Below are positions 35,027 to 36,003 of a DNA stretch of 36,003 bases, in pieces. The notes beneath the pieces are model-generated. The model made no database searches. It worked only from the letters and a program-made list of their open reading frames with translations, and was not told where the DNA came from. Each line of letters starts with the position of its first letter. Position 1 is the first letter of the stretch. The translations under genes were made by a program, and so were the position numbers. Source of the DNA: a virus (lineage: Duplodnaviria; Caudoviricetes); IMG/VR virus record IMGVR_UViG_3300007983_000002, positions 1 through 36,003 of that record; one strand, written 5' to 3'.

Positions 35027-36003
35027 ACGGAATTCTCCTTGAGCTCTGCGTAGAAACCAATGATCTCGCAAGCCAATGGCACCCGCTCCTCAATTCTTAC
35101 CACCTGGGTCGGGCTCCACTCGTCCGTATTTACGCTCAAGTCTTTATACTCATCGAGCACATTGGACGCGCCTACCGGGGATGACGGATCTCGGTCAGCA
35201 GGGCGCTCGTCGTTAATGATGGGCCTGGTTGACTCCAGGGTGCGTACAGAAAACTCGCTATACCGTGCCTTGGCGCCAGGATTGTTTTTCTCGGGTGGCA
35301 GGGTGTCCATGATCGATCGATGGGCTATTCCAACCTTGCAGCTGATTACAGCGTAAGGCAGCTCTATCTCCCCGCCAGTTACGCGGAAGAAGCCGATGTA
35401 CCCAAGGTTGCCGGTCGCCTGGACAATAAGCCCCTCGAGAGACTCCAGGCCCGTTATCGTTGTGGTGGCGGTATCGAAGCTGAACTTCAGCGTAGATTCC
35501 ATGTAATCCCAGCTGCTTTTATCGGAAAGGCCCGGCACCGCCTCGAGATAGTATTTTTTCAGAAAGTCTCCCTCGTTTTCGGCATCCTTGATGGTGCGCT
35601 CAACCACCATGTAGACAATATCGTTGCCGTCATCATCAGCGAGCGCAGTCAGATCCAGCACACGGCCTCCGGTGAGCAGGTATCGCGACCAACCCATGAT
35701 GTTGCCTTCGGAGTGGAAGATGGCGATGTAGCCGGCGTTTGTCAGGCACCAGCACATCTGATGCGGCGACCGGACGCGGACCATGCGCTTGATTCCAGAT
35801 TCAATGATGTCCGGGTTCAGTAAGCTCATGTCGGGAGCAACCCATCCACCGTCATCATCGTTAAATTTCATTTCTCGAAGGCGCCGGCCGCCGTCCGCAG
35901 CAAACAGCACGGCTTCACCAAAGCCCACTGGCTGCACGTTAATGCCGCCATTGGTTGAGTGTAGGTTTACCCCAACATCGCCAGGAGAGAAGATAACCTG
36001 CCC
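35023..36003 (-). CDS. Tail tubular protein B, 3' part (continuation of 1491..1)
   Basis: QP......LF....R.LRE..F....GW...DMS; GWSRY; L..LEG..V; in frame with the 5' part. Confidence 0.85.
   Translation of the reverse strand, partial: GQVIFSPGDVGVNLHSTNGGINVQPVGFGEAVLFAADGGRRLREMKFNDDDGGWVAPDMSLLNPDIIESGIKRMVRVRSPHQMCWCLTNAGYIAIFHSEGNIMGWSRYLLTGGRVLDLTALADDDGNDIVYMVVERTIKDAENEGDFLKKYYLEAVPGLSDKSSWDYMESTLKFSFDTATTTITGLESLEGLIVQATGNLGYIGFFRVTGGEIELPYAVISCKVGIAHRSIMDTLPPEKNNPGAKARYSEFSVRTLESTRPIINDERPADRDPSSPVGASNVLDEYKDLSVNTDEWSPTQVVRIEERVPLACEIIGFYAELKENSV
35881..36003. repeat. 123-bp direct terminal repeat (right copy)
   Basis: Identical to bases 1-123. Confidence 0.95.

Noticed and set aside
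35881-36003. Biological terminal repeat of the virion DNA
   Set aside because: It falls mid-gene and is best explained as assembler overlap of a circular contig; true termini cannot be inferred.

Overview
The window is an apparently complete circular genome (35,880 bp; bases 1-123 recur exactly at 35881-36003) of a short-tailed (podovirus-type) dsDNA phage, probably of a Proteobacterium given its sigma70-like promoters. The minus strand carries terminase, T7-gp8-type portal, scaffold, major capsid, a lysis cluster, tail tubular proteins A and B, three paralogous tail-fibre adaptor genes and four ejection-type proteins. A lambda-like early region holds a Cro-like HTH, O/P-like replication genes with iterons, NinB/NinG-like genes, a Sak/Rad52 annealase and SSB. 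I found no integrase, CI repressor, DNA/RNA polymerase or reverse transcriptase. Most notable: (1) a ~1184-aa ejection-cluster protein with an HhH-glycosylase-like and a GNAT-like domain, and a 68-codon gene with an AAGGAGG RBS overprinted between them (candidate embedded immunity gene); (2) a tail-fibre anchor domain split across a 55-aa ORF and the interior of a 1515-aa 3xLamG/4xIg protein, with a 12-bp inverted repeat at both ends of the insert; (3) a promoter-to-terminator ~140-nt four-hairpin antisense RNA with CUCC loops upstream of the replication initiator; (4) an RBS-sequestering structured leader on the capsid gene. Family calls come from motif recognition by eye, not database searches.
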